Below are positions 12,925-25,871 of a stretch of DNA of 64,000 nucleotides, one piece after another (position 1 is the stretch's first letter; each line of letters begins with the position of its first letter). Source of the DNA: Octopus sinensis (taxonomy: Eukaryota); the NCBI RefSeq assembly GCF_006345805.1, contig NC_043017.1, positions 8,680,001 to 8,744,000 on the forward strand, read 5' to 3'. Below the pieces are notes generated by a model. That model was not told where the DNA came from. It made no database searches and worked only from the letters and a program-made list of their open reading frames with translations. The translations under genes were made by a program, and so were the position numbers.

Positions 12925-14070
12925 AAAATTGAGCTAAGAGAAATAACTCAAAACAGCCAGGGACATGTATTTGAACATCATAGAGAAATACAGGTATATC
13001 AAATACCATACAACATAAATTCTTGATTTATTAAAATTTTTCTCTGCCCCTAGGGGATGTTATCTAAATTATCAAATGGCAATTAAGACCAGCTCCACTT
13101 GAAGAGGAGAGAGATTCTCACGATTCAAGAATTCTCCAAAGATGTCTTACTATCTGCATATATACATACATATATATATATATATATATAGTTATATCTC
13201 TGTTTATCTAGTTGTAAGTATATATATTTGTTTGTATATGTGTATGTATGTGTGTATGTATATATGTGTGTGTGTTTGTTTGTGTGTGTGTGTATAGTGC
13301 AAAGGTGATGAAAAGTATAACAAAGTAAAAAAAAACAAGGTAAAAAAAATAAACACAGATTTGGTATTAATTTGATACTTAGGACATGGGAAAAAATGAA
13401 GGAAATGTCTTTAACATTTCGAGTATACACTCTTCTTCTGAATGATAGGATAAAAATAAAGGGAAAAGAATGAAGAAGGAGAACTGGCAAAACAAATGTT
13501 TGTATAACTATACATCTATCTATTTCATTGAGAAACTGATAGGCTGTGTCACGGCTGAAATTATTGGCATGTCATGGTTGACTAAGTTTGAATAATGTCT
13601 GAGGCTGGAGATTTATGTAACATGATGAAATTTGTTATGACTATATCAAATACATTTCTCCTGAAACAACCGTCATAAATTTAAACTGTCATATTGTTTA
13701 TCCTGTATGAAAAGCATATTGAGGTGTGGTTGAGGTGAGTGTAAGAGTTTAGAAAGTTCAAATTCCTTCTGTGGGCGTTTTGTGATCTTAATTGACTTCT
13801 TATAGAAGTTTATTGTTGAGAAACACAATTTTTTAGTATTCAATTGACATCCCAGCCTTGAAGCAGTCATCTGTGAATTCTGTTGAACCTTTAAATCACC
13901 AAATGTTTTGTCCCCCCACACATACACACACCTACCTGCTTGTGTAATTACTTTGGCAAAAAAAATTATCTTATTTCTATTGTCATATTTGGGGATCATC
14001 ATGTTTTTGTCATTTAAGCACAAGCTTTATATATTTGGTTTTCTCTTCATCTTTGTTATTATTTTAATTT

Positions 14071-14225
14071 TAGTTTCTTTGTCGAAACTCTTTCACCTCA
14101 CATCCTGTGACCTCTTCAGTGACTCTTTATCTCAAATGTCCCCTTTTGTCATATCTATTCACATGGGATAGAGAATCACTGATGAGGTCACAGGATGTGT
14201 GATGAAAGAGCTTTGACAAAGAAAC

Positions 14226-14227
<2 letters not shown>
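14071..14227. repeat. 157-nt fold-back: 64-bp arms (56/64 complementary), 29-nt loop
   Basis: Arms 14071-14134 and 14164-14227 aligned by hand. Confidence 0.9.
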
Positions 14228-14261
<34 letters not shown>

Positions 14262-14473
14262 AATAATGATAATGATAATGATGATGATGATGATGATGAT
14301 AATAGTTGTGGTCAATGAAAAAGGTATATAATTATATATGTTTTTATTATTATGTTTTTGCAATTTACTTAATCATTGACTTTTTATTGTTATTTTAATT
14401 TTAATATTTCTATTTTCTAGATGGTGTAATTTAATTGTTCATTTTGAATTGATAAAATGTGTTTTTTTTCTAA

Positions 14474-14531
<58 letters not shown>

Positions 14532-14582
14532 GCATATATGTACATATATATTATTTATATTATTATATGATTGAACTTCTTC

Positions 14583-14618
<36 letters not shown>

Positions 14619-14779
14619 TACATACTCACATATATGTATACATACACAAATTTTGGTTGGTATCATGTTAAACACCTTAACTGAACGTTCACAAGCTTTT
14701 AATATACCATCTGTTAATCTTCGTTCTTTCTTCATTCCTTATCTCTCTCTTTCTCTCATTCGATCAATCTACCTATCCG

Positions 14780-14830
<51 letters not shown>

Positions 14831-15880
14831 CTGTATCCTTCTCCTTCCTCCCCTCATTCTCCTTCCCCTTCCCTCTCTATCTCCATTCAACTTTCTCCTT
14901 CATCTCTCTCTATCCATCTCCTTTCTCTTTCTCCTTTTCTCTCTTTTCTCTTTCTCTCATCCAGCACTCTCAACTGTATCCTCTCTTTCTTTCTCTCTTT
15001 CTCTCTCTTCCTCCAAATACCAAATACATCCATATATAGATATACAAATATATAAATATATGAATATACAAAATATATAAATATATACATATATCTATGT
15101 TCTACTTTTTTCAGGTGTGAACTCTTGGAAACTATAAAGAAGTAAAAAAAAGTAAGAAGAAAAGGAAAAGAAAATACTTAGAGGCATTGGGAAGACCCTA
15201 CTCCCACCACAACCACCACCACTACCTCCACCAACAACACCAACACCACCACTACATTACCACCTCCACCACCATCACCACCACTATTGCATGGTATCTT
15301 TTTGGTCCATCATGAATTCTACGTCTCGTTATGGTGAATGATGTAATTGTTCTTACTCGAATGAAGATGAAACTAAAAATTAGTCAGGAACCAGAAATGG
15401 TTCCCAGATGTGATGCGTATAGAGGTTTGGTGTGTGAGGAATATCGTTAACTGATTGAAGAGAGTGGTCTGCCTAAAAATTATCCATATCGGCAAGTTAA
15501 ATAATTAAGAACAAACTCAGCAGCTACAACTACAACAACAACAACAACAACAACAACAAAAACAACAACAACAGCAGCAGCAGCAATTATAATGTTTTCT
15601 TTATTTGCCACAAGGGGAACGTATGAAGAACAAAGACAATGCACAAAAGCGGTCAGAGTTTTACATTGTGTGTTGGCATAAAAAAAAATTGCTACATAAC
15701 AAATAGAAAAGATATAAATGGAATATATGCAAAACATAAATACCATATTTTCTTATGTATAAGTCACACTCGTGCATAAGTCACACTTATATATAAGTTG
15801 CACTCATGTATAAGTCACACCCCAGTTTTTTCAGTTAAAACCAAGTAGAAAATAGTGTGACATATATACGAGTAAAAAAG

Positions 15881-15923
<43 letters not shown>

Positions 15924-16174
15924 TGCGTGTGTGTGTGTGCATGTGCGTATGTATCTGTGTGTATATGTGTGTGTGCACATGACTGTGATCCAAAGGATGA
16001 GGATGGACACACTAGTGCAATTAAGGGCTTGCCAAAAATCATCAGCGTTCCCTTTGGCATTAAGGCAAGTGGCTTCTCCATGCTGTGATGATTCTGTAAA
16101 TGAAAACTGAAAGTAGATCTAACCAGCCATACTGAGACACTCATACACACGTACATACATACACTCACCAACCT

Positions 16175-16208
<34 letters not shown>

Positions 16209-16213
16209 TAATA

Positions 16214-17410
16214 ATGTTCGTTTCACACGATATTGTTTCAGCTTTGTCTGTTTTGCTTCTTCTTGTCATTCATGTTGCTGGGGCACGTGTTTCTGTGACA
16301 AATGACACAAGCTTAAGGTTACATAAACCTTCATTCCGTCGCCAGCCCCAGCCTCTCCAATATGGCACACCAGGTGAGAAGATGAAGTTTGTATGTAAAG
16401 TCAGAGGTCACTCCAAGTTAAGCATGTCCTGGTTCAAAAATTCACAGATTCTGAAGCAAACGGCAGACACTAACAATAATAGTTCCCGAATTAAAGTTTC
16501 ACGGAATACTTTAGTAATGAACCCTTATAAAGCAGAGGATTCTGGGAATTATTCTTGCAGAACAGAAACAAAAAATGGTCATAAACTGAGATCAGATTTC
16601 CGGGTTCTCACCAAAAATCTTTCTCAGGCAGAGTCCATAAAAACTGACCAAATGCACAATGAAAGCATTGAAGGGGAAAGCGAAGGTAAACCTCCATTTT
16701 GGGTTCGTAAAGACAGATCTGATCTATACTTTCCTGCAGGATCACAGTTAAAACTCCGCTGCTACGCTGATGGAAATCCTGTTCCGAAAGTGATATGGAA
16801 GAAAGGGAATCGTATCAAATGGGAAGGTCAAACGATGATAATGAAAAAATTGGCCCCTAAACATGAAGGGGAGTATCAGTGTATTGCTGAAAATAAACAT
16901 GGTCGAATTACTCATCGATACAATCTACATGTAATCAGAGTAAGCAAGCAGGCACCACCTGTAGTTAAAGGCATCACTAACCAAACCGTAGCTGAAGGTA
17001 GTGTTGCCAGGTTCAAATGTGTTGTGAGTAGCGTATCATCGCCTTATATCGAGTGGTTGAAAGTATCTTCGGTGAACACAACAGGAAGCACAAATATAAA
17101 ACAGGAACTGTTTATTGAGAAAAACCAGGCGACTGGGTTATACGTGGTCTGGTTTGTCATACAAAATGTCACAGCATCAGACACGGGCCGATACATCTGC
17201 CAGGCATCAAACGCATCTGGTAGAGCATCAATGAGTGCTTGGCTTGGTCTGTCCAGTGAGACAAATAACGACCCAAATCAACCAATCATGGATGAGTTAG
17301 CAGAAAACTCCCGTTCTTCGGGATACTCAGTGACACAACGGCGGTGTAGAGGTCGTGTCGGGGTAATGTTAGCTGTTGTGATAATGGTTGTCAACTTGGG
17401 CTTACGCTGA
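16214..17410 (+). CDS. Single-exon FGFR-like (FGFRL1/nou-darake-like) 3-Ig protein, 398 aa, no kinase, probable GPI signal
   Basis: Only long non-repetitive plus-strand ORF. Signal peptide MFVSHDIVSALSVLLLLVIHVAGA; three Ig Cys pairs (FVC..DSGNYSC; LRC..HEGEYQC; FKC..DTGRYIC). FGFR D2/D3-like motifs PPFW, PAGSQLKLRC, GNPVPKVIWKKG, ENKHGRITHRYNLHV, NQTVAEGSVARFKCVV, PYIEWLK, SAWL. About nine N-glycosylation sequons. Hydrophobic tail VGVMLAVVIMVVNLGL ends one residue before the stop. Confidence 0.88.
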   Translation: MFVSHDIVSALSVLLLLVIHVAGARVSVTNDTSLRLHKPSFRRQPQPLQYGTPGEKMKFVCKVRGHSKLSMSWFKNSQILKQTADTNNNSSRIKVSRNTLVMNPYKAEDSGNYSCRTETKNGHKLRSDFRVLTKNLSQAESIKTDQMHNESIEGESEGKPPFWVRKDRSDLYFPAGSQLKLRCYADGNPVPKVIWKKGNRIKWEGQTMIMKKLAPKHEGEYQCIAENKHGRITHRYNLHVIRVSKQAPPVVKGITNQTVAEGSVARFKCVVSSVSSPYIEWLKVSSVNTTGSTNIKQELFIEKNQATGLYVVWFVIQNVTASDTGRYICQASNASGRASMSAWLGLSSETNNDPNQPIMDELAENSRSSGYSVTQRRCRGRVGVMLAVVIMVVNLGLR

Positions 17411-17759
17411 ATGATAACACATACATATAATACACAAATACATATATACATATCTACACATATATGCACATACATATACATATACAGATATATACATACA
17501 TATGTATATATTTATATATATATGTATAAACATACACATATATGTATAAACATACACATATATATACATACACTCACATATATATAGACACATATGTATA
17601 TAGATAGATAAATGTGCATATATATATATAAAAATTTAGGTTAGTTGAAATATGTTTGTGACATATTTCAACTGCTAGAAGGCAAATACACAGCGGTTAC
17701 CATGGAGAATATATCTCTCTTAAGGTAACAAGGCATGAAAACCTGGTTATATACATACT

Positions 17760-17799
<40 letters not shown>

Positions 17800-18241
17800 C
17801 ATACATACACATACATACATATACATATATATGCTATATTAGTTTGATACTCGGTGAAAGTTTTAGATGGAAAATTAAAAGTTATTTTTTGACCACGTAG
17901 CAACCCATGTGCTTTTTTCCTGACTGTCCGTTCCTTTCTCTTTTTCCTCTTCCCTGGATTTTCTTTCACTATCCAATGAAGAGCCATGCTCAAAACATCA
18001 TATATGCTATATTGCATATATGCGTGTGTGTGAGTGTGTATGTGTGTGTGTGTAATATATATATCTATATCTATCTATCATCCTCACCATCATCGTTTAA
18101 CGTCTGTTTTCCATGCTAGCATGGGTCGGACGGTTCAACTGGGGTCCGGGGAGCCAGGAGGCTGCACCAGGCTCCAGTCTGATCTGGTAGTGTTTCTACA
18201 GCTGGATGCCCTTCCTAATGCCCACATCTCTCTCTCTCTCT

Positions 18242-18272
<31 letters not shown>

Positions 18273-18467
18273 GATATAGATATACATACATTTACACATA
18301 TACATACATATGTACATACATATATATTTATGCATACATAAAAAAAAATCATATATATAAATCTTTGTTTATAACTGTTAAACATTAACTGAAGGTTTAC
18401 TCAATAGCTGTGTCAGATATATATTTGATACAGATACATACATATATACACATATTATTCTTACATG

Positions 18468-18501
<34 letters not shown>

Positions 18502-18700
18502 TGACTTTTTACAAGGGAAAGGTTGACAGTGACATCAAAATTTCGGTTCAACTCATGCTAGCATAGAAAACAAACAAGAAATTATGTAAGTGATGATGAT
18601 GACAATGATGGTATATATGTATAAATGTGTGTGTGTATTCATATACACACCTGCACACATATACACATACACAGGCATATATGCTTATATATATATATAT

Positions 18701-19370
18701 TATATTAGAGGAAAAAGCAAAACCAAGGCCGAACGAGTATCTCAAGTCATTTAGAATAAATTAATTAGGGGAAGGTGAGTTTGAAGCCTTACAGCTGTTT
18801 CTGAGGTAATCCAAGCGATAAATTAGTATGTCCATGAACTCACTGGGCATTCCGTCATCAGCGACAAGATATGAATATTTTAGACAGGGGAAATTTACAG
18901 TTTACAAGAAATAAAATTCACAGTTTATAAGGAATAAAATAGAAGACTAAAGGAGTAAATAGGAGAATAGAGAGTAAAAAGGTAGTTAGAAGAATATAGG
19001 CAGAATAACACTCCCAACTCATCTTTTTTCCAGAGGATATGGATGTAGGTTGGTACTTTCATGAAGGTACAAGTCTCCTACCTATATTCTTCTCACTACT
19101 TTTACTCTTTATTCTTCTATTTTATTCCTTATAAACTGTGAATTTTATTCCTTGCAAACTCTAAATTTCCCCTGTCTTAAATATCCATATCTTGTCGCTG
19201 ATGACGGAATGCCCAGTGTGTAGATATTCTAACCAGAAACGGCTGTAAGGCTTCAAATTCACCCCAGAAACGGCTGTAAGGCTTCAAATTCACCTTACCC
19301 TAATTAAATTATTCTAAATAACTTGAAATACTCGTTCTGCTTTGGTTTTGCTTTTGCTTCAAATATAATA
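18701..19370. mobile_element. Fold-back/MITE-like element with ~300-bp inverted arms and ~80-nt spacer
   Basis: 18701-19000 is the reverse complement of 19081-19370 (e.g. CACTGGGCATTCCGTCATCAGCGACAAGATAT). The right arm carries a 31-bp tandem duplication at 19233-19294. Flanks are TA-rich. Confidence 0.8.
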
Positions 19371-19569
19371 TATACCTGCTATAATGGAACCCTAATATGG
19401 ATCCCTAGATCCATTCTCAGCTGTGAACTTGGAACCTAAAAGACGACCAACTATAGCACTTGCTCAACATACCTATTCATTTAGATCACAAGGGAACCAA
19501 ACCCCTCATATTATATATACATATATATGTGTGAGTGCATATATATGTATATATATATATACATATATA

Positions 19570-19612
<43 letters not shown>

Positions 19613-19698
19613 ATATGTATATATATATATATAATATATATATATATACACATACATATGTACATATATATATACATATATATATACGTATACATATG

Positions 19699-19730
<32 letters not shown>

Positions 19731-19871
19731 AATATACATTTAATTACATATACTTATGAATATAAATGTATATACTTCTATGTATAAATATATATCTTTT
19801 TACATACATATGTGCACACATACATATATATGTGTACATATGTATGCATGTAATTGTATGTATATATCTAT

Positions 19872-19904
<33 letters not shown>

Positions 19905-20527
19905 TTATATATCATTTCCCCTGTATCATTTCCCATGTCAAGCCATTTTTAATGTTCACCTCCCCCTTCTCTCTCTCTCCCCCCTGTCTCTCTCTCTCTC
20001 TCTCTCCAACCACATTCCAGCCAGTAAAATAGTTCACTTTTTTTTCCCCCACTTTGTCTTTTAAGACGATGTACGAGTAATTATACATAAGGTCTAAGTT
20101 AAAGCAGAGTCTTTTGTTTTGTATTCATGAAAGAGGAACATTTTTGTGTGTTTGTGTGTGTGTGTGTATGTGTGTGTGTGTGCTTGTGTGTGTGTGTTTG
20201 TGTGTGTATACGTGTCTGTGTATGTATGTGTGTGTCTTCTCATCATCTGGCATGTGGCTTTGTGGTTAAGAAGCTCACTCTGCAACCATGCAGCCATGCA
20301 ACCACATGGTTTTGGGGTTTTTCACCCCTCAATTTTCCACACGTCCTGAAGAAGAGGTCAATGTCCCGAAATACAGAAATGTAAGGTTAAACTACAAAAT
20401 TGTTTTCTTTTTTTTTTTTGCCTTTTTAGAGTTTACTTTATATCTTCTTGTATACTTCCAGCCATACCCAACAAGTCTCTTTAATACACACACATGTATA
20501 TATGTATCATCATCACATATACATATA

Positions 20528-21787
20528 TTAGGTTGTCAAGAAAGTTCTTGCGGTTTTTAACCTTTAAATTCAGATGCACATATCTTGGCTCAAACAAAAC
20601 TTTATTAATCGAACTAAACACCATCAGACTCAACGCACTTTTGCCAATGCGAAACAAGTTTATTAATTCCAGTAGTGTAAAAATCCTACGTTCTGGTGGT
20701 GATGAAGTCGTTGAAGGAGTGTTTAGCATCGTCTTGGTTTTTGAAGCATTTCTCATGCAGGAAGTTATCGAGATGCTTGAAAAAGTAGTTGGTAGGCGAG
20801 AGGTCTGGTGAGTATGTTGGATGAGGTAGAGTTTTGTAGCCCAATTCATTCAACTTCTGCAGGGTCAGTTGTGCAATGTGTGGCTGAGCATTGTCATGGA
20901 AAAGAATTGGTCCTTTTCTATTGACCAATGCTGGCTGTTATTGTCAGAGTTTCTTATGCATTTCATCCATTTGCCTGGATCCAAAAAGCTGTGATGGATG
21001 AGATTGGCTGCGGACCACCAAACAGTCACCATGACCTTCTTTTGGTGCAACTTTGGCTTCGGGAAGTGCCATGGAGCTTCATCGGCGTCCAACCACTGAA
21101 CTGAGCATCACCGGTTGTCATAAAGAATCCACTTTTCATCGCAAGTCACAATCTGGCTGAGAAACAGGTCATTCTTGTTGTGTAAAAGAAGGGAAGACAA
21201 CACTTCAAAATGGCATTTTTGTTTTGGTTGTTCAGTTCGTGTGGTACCCATTTGTCAAGTATTTTTGTTTTTCCAATCTCTTTCAAGTGGTTGGAAATTG
21301 TGATATACATTATGTCTAATTCAGAAGCAAGCTCTCAAACAGTCGTGCATGGATTGGCTTTGACTAAGGCTCTTAGTTGATCGTTGTCAACATCCAATGG
21401 CCGACCACTATGCTTATCATCTTCAAGACTCTCATCACCACTACAAAATTTCTTGAACCACCATTGTGCTGTACGTTCATTAGTAGTTCCTGGGCCAAGC
21501 ACATCGTTGATATCGTGGGCTATTTCAGCAACTTTTTGGCCTAGCTTGAACTGGAATAAGAAAATTGTGTGAATTTGCTTTTTGCCCGTGTAGTATTCAA
21601 CACGTGTTGTATTCTGAAAAAAATGGCCTAATTATTCAAAGAGAAAAAGAGTAACACGATTAGATAGAGCGAAAAACGGGCTTTAAAATGATATATGAAG
21701 CCAAAGTAATTTAATGAAAATTAATTTGAAAATACATCATTTAAAACCAAAATTAAAACATCCACAAGAACTTTCTTGACAAACTAA
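20528..21787 (-). mobile_element. Mariner (DD34D) transposon, near full length, inactive
   Basis: TIRs TTAG(G/T)TTGTCAAGAAAGTTCTTG with TA on both sides. Transposase motifs WVPHEL, IVTCDEKWILYDNR, HDNAQPH, YSPDLSPTNY; the third catalytic Asp, 34 residues after the second, is Asn. Stops, frameshifts and an internal deletion are present. Confidence 0.95.
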
Positions 21788-22743
21788 TATACAGGTAGAT
21801 ATAGATATATATATACATATATTACATATAAATATATATAGTATATGGATATATAATATATAAATATATAGAGAGAGAGAGTGGGGAGGGACAGAAAGAT
21901 AAATAGATAGACATACACGCAAACATACCTATTTATACATATGCTGGCATATATGTATATACATCTTTATAAACATACACATATGCATGTAGACATGCAC
22001 ATATGCATGTAGACATGCACATATGCATGCACACACTCACACACACACAAACATCATATCACTAACCTACAACAGTATCTAGACACCTCTTCCTTGTCTA
22101 GAAGAAACAAGGAACAGTTTATTGTGTTGTCTTCAAGAAACCAGGTAAGCAAGCTAAGCAAGGAATCCCATGTGTCTGTGACATCTTCAGTTGTACAAAT
22201 TCTTAAATAGCAGCAGCGAGGGGTTCAAATCCAGTTGCTGTGTGTCTTAATGTTTTCCTTATGGAATCAATTACATTATAAAACAAACCAAACATACCTG
22301 TAATATTCAGAGGTTGAGTCAACTGACTATACTTTCTTCCACTTTAAATAGGGCTTTATACATATATATATATATTTATATATATATATATAAATTGTCG
22401 ATGGTAACACTATCACTAATCTTGTATGTGTATGTAAAATTATGAATGAAAGTTACACATCTCTGAAGGTTTGACAATGAAACTGGATTATAGAATTTAC
22501 ATTATGTAACTGTTAAACATTTTTTGTTAATGAAATGTGCAGAAGCTATAACTAAATATTTTATAACAACCTTTCCTGTTTTGCCTTATTTTATTTATGT
22601 ATATATGTGTTTGTGTGTGTGTATACATACATATATATATATAGATATATATGTACACACACATATATATATACATATATATATATATATTAGTATATAT
22701 ATGTATGTAGATATATATATATATCTATATTTATGTATGTATT

Positions 22744-22785
<42 letters not shown>

Positions 22786-23429
22786 GAAGGCTTCCATAGA
22801 GTAAAACATTTGCCCAAGTGTAATGAAACATTGTAATTAAATAATTAAATATAATATTATATATGTGTGTGTGTATATATATATGCTCATACATATATAT
22901 GGACATGGAACTTATTTTCATGAAATTTAACTAAAACTGATCAAAAGAGACCTACTGACAGAGTAAAGATGTTTTACAGCCGTGAAAATGGATGCAATTC
23001 AATGAAAAAGACATTTTTTAAAAAACATTTTTTACAATTTTGTTTTATTTTTAATTATTATCTATGCAAGAATTGATTGCAGCAGAGAAAGAACATTTTA
23101 TATATATATATATATATATATGCAGGAACTAACCAAACAACCTTCCATCACATCGCATGTACAAACAAATTTAAATTTACATATTCTAGTAGAAAATTCA
23201 GTCATTCATTTTTATGATGATAAAACAATGCTTTTTCATGCCATGTCATACATTTTTTTTCTTTCTCTTTGATATTTTGTTCCCTAAGTATTCCCCATGC
23301 ATTTAATAAAGATTTCATTTTTCTTAACTAAACCCTGTATAGAAAACTCCCTCCTCCTCTCTGGTACCACTGTGACCAGATGGTTGCCAGATAACCAAAT
23401 TTTCCAGTGATCTAATCATTACTCTTTAA

Positions 23430-23649
23430 CCCTTTTGGTACCAAATCACCTGTGACAGCCTTTGGTTTAAACAGACAAACTTCCTGTTTTAAAGTGATTT
23501 AAATTGAAACCTCCTACGAAGATTTCATGTTAGTTTATGTTCCAAACTTCAGCTAAATTATGACAAATTTACTTTAGCATTCTTTACTATTTTCAAAATT
23601 AACTGAAAGAAAAACAGTTTATTTCAACAGAAGTAAGGTGACAAAAGGG
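23430..23649. mobile_element. Possible piggyBac-type non-autonomous element
   Basis: TTAA|CCCTTTTGGTACC left end and a degraded GGTGACAAAAGGG right end; the right TTAA is missing. Confidence 0.3.
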
Positions 23650-23703
23650 TGGAATTTCCATATTACCGTACAAAACTAATATAAAGTCTATATATACATC
23701 AGT

Positions 23704-23945
23704 ATCATCATCATCATCATCATCATCATCATCGTTTAATGTCTGCTTTCCATGCTAGTATGGGTTGGACGATTTTGACTGAGGGCTGGTGAACCAGATG
23801 GCTGCACCAGGCTCCAATCTTGATCTGGCAGAGTTTCTACAGCTGGATGCCCTTCCTAACGCCAATCACTCCAAGAGTGTAGTGGGTGCTTTTTATATGC
23901 CACCAGCACGAGGGCCAGTCAGACGGTACTGGCAACGACCTCGCT
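23704..23945 (-). mobile_element. 3' end of RTE-type retroposon with (GAT)n tail
   Basis: Same block (GGCGTTAGGAAGGGCATCCAGCTGTAGAAAC...CCATGCTAGCATGGAAAGC..CATTAAACGATGATG) as the copy attached to RTE coding sequence at 62.1-62.5 kb. Other copies lie near 4.6, 10.6, 18.1, 28.2, 40.8, 56.3 and 61.3 kb. Confidence 0.75.
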
Positions 23946-24679
23946 CGAATCTGGTCATTAATATGCTGAATATAGTAGAATTGAGAGCAATAGGAAAGAA
24001 TATAAGTATAATTTAAGTGAATAACAAATTTTATTAAAATAATGAAATACAGGTACTGTCACTTCTCCTCTGGCACTCTGTTGGTTATGATGACAAGGTT
24101 CCAGTTGATCTAATCAAGGAACTGCCTGCTCATGAAATTACGTGCAAGTGGCTGAGTACTCCACAGACATGCATACTCTTAATGTAGTTCTCAGAGAGAT
24201 TTAGCATGGCACAGAATGTGACAAGGCTGTCCTTTTTTGAATTATAGGGACTACTCGTTTTTGCCAGCTGAGTGGTCTGGATCAATATGAAATAAAGTGT
24301 CTAGCTCAAGGATGCAAACACACCACTGCAAATCAAACTGAACACCTTACGATTGAGAACTGAATACCCCTAACCACTAAGCCATAAAGCTTCACTCGGG
24401 TACTGTGAATTCAGTAAAAAAAAATGCTGTACTTTGGGAAGCATTGATTCATTTAAGATAGAATAGGAATTTCCTTTTAATGATAATTACCATATTTGAT
24501 GGCATATAAGACGCATACCATTTTTCTAAAGAACTGCTTCAAAACATCACCCCGGGTCCTAAATGTGAACTTGGTGCTACATTATATGCTTTAACCCTTT
24601 AACATTCAGATTTCCCTGTCAAACGTAATGCTTATTTATTCACCTTTTTTTTAAATTAATCACATATTATCTTATAGCT

Positions 24680-24909
24680 ATTTCTTTACTGCCCACAAGG
24701 GGCTAAACATAGAGGGGACAAACAAGGACAGACAAAGGGATTAAGTCGATTACATCGACCACAGTGCGTAACTGATACTTAATTTATCAACCCCGAAAAG
24801 ATGAAAGGCAAAGTCGACCTCAGCAGAATTTGAGCTCAGAACGCAACAGCAGACGAAATACTGCTAAGCATTTCACCTGGCGTGCACGGTTCTGCCAGCT
24901 CGCCGCCTT
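24680..24909 (-). mobile_element. SINE (same family as 7988..8219) with 16-bp TSD
   Basis: TSD ATATTATCTT(A/G)TAGCT at 24664-24679 and 24910-24925. Confidence 0.9.
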
Positions 24910-25595
24910 ATATTATCTTGTAGCTTTGATATTTCAGTGATGTTGTATATTTTTAGAATAACATTGTCAGGTTGGTGTGAGAAGCTATATCTAGCTAGTT
25001 TAAACATAAAACAGATAGAATAATTCAGCTAGTCTAAAAGCTAAAGCGTTAATTCATTAAAATCTTTTCCTGAATATGCACTTCTGTAATTAATTTGTAT
25101 CCAATATACCCATGTTTCTTTCATGCTATCAATTACAGTAATTAATTAACATAAATGAGCACAAATTCTCTTGACTCTAAATGACAACATATTTTCTTTG
25201 AAATTTTTCTGGGTGCCTGTTGCTTTAGAGTCCTGATTATCTGGGTACTGGATAGGAAGGAGTTAACTCTCATCTGCTTTGCCTGCTTATTCCAAAGGAG
25301 GTTGTGGGGGCAGAATCCTCAAGCAGTTGATCCAGCTGAATCCCCCAAGATTTGTGTACATGGAGTCTACAATTAATATTATTATTATAACATAAGGTAG
25401 AAAGCTGGTAGAAACATTAGTGCTTAGTGGCATTACGTTTGGCTTCAGGTTCTGAGTTCAAATTCTGCAGAGGTTGATTTTTACCTTTTAACTTTTCAGG
25501 ACTGATAAAATAAAGTACCAGATGGACCCCTGGGGTCAATGTCATTGACTAATTCCTCCCCCAAATTTCAGGTCTTGTGTCTATTGTAGAAAGAA

Positions 25596-25647
<52 letters not shown>

Positions 25648-25838
25648 CACTATTATTATTATCTGCAGCAGCAGCATCACCACCATCAATATAATCATCA
25701 TCGTCATCATCAACATAATCCTCATTATTATTATCATTATTATTGTTATTATTATTCATTAATTTATAACAATAAATCATGAAATTATTCAAAGAAACAC
25801 ATTAAGCTTCTCTGCTAAATTATATTTCTGTGTTACCT

Positions 25839-25871
<33 letters not shown>

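Noticed and set aside
13053-15151. Acceptor-like sites at 13053 and 15115 as upstream exons of the FGFR-like gene
   Set aside because: No open frame with an ATG and a phase-1 donor was found; they cannot be supported without transcripts.
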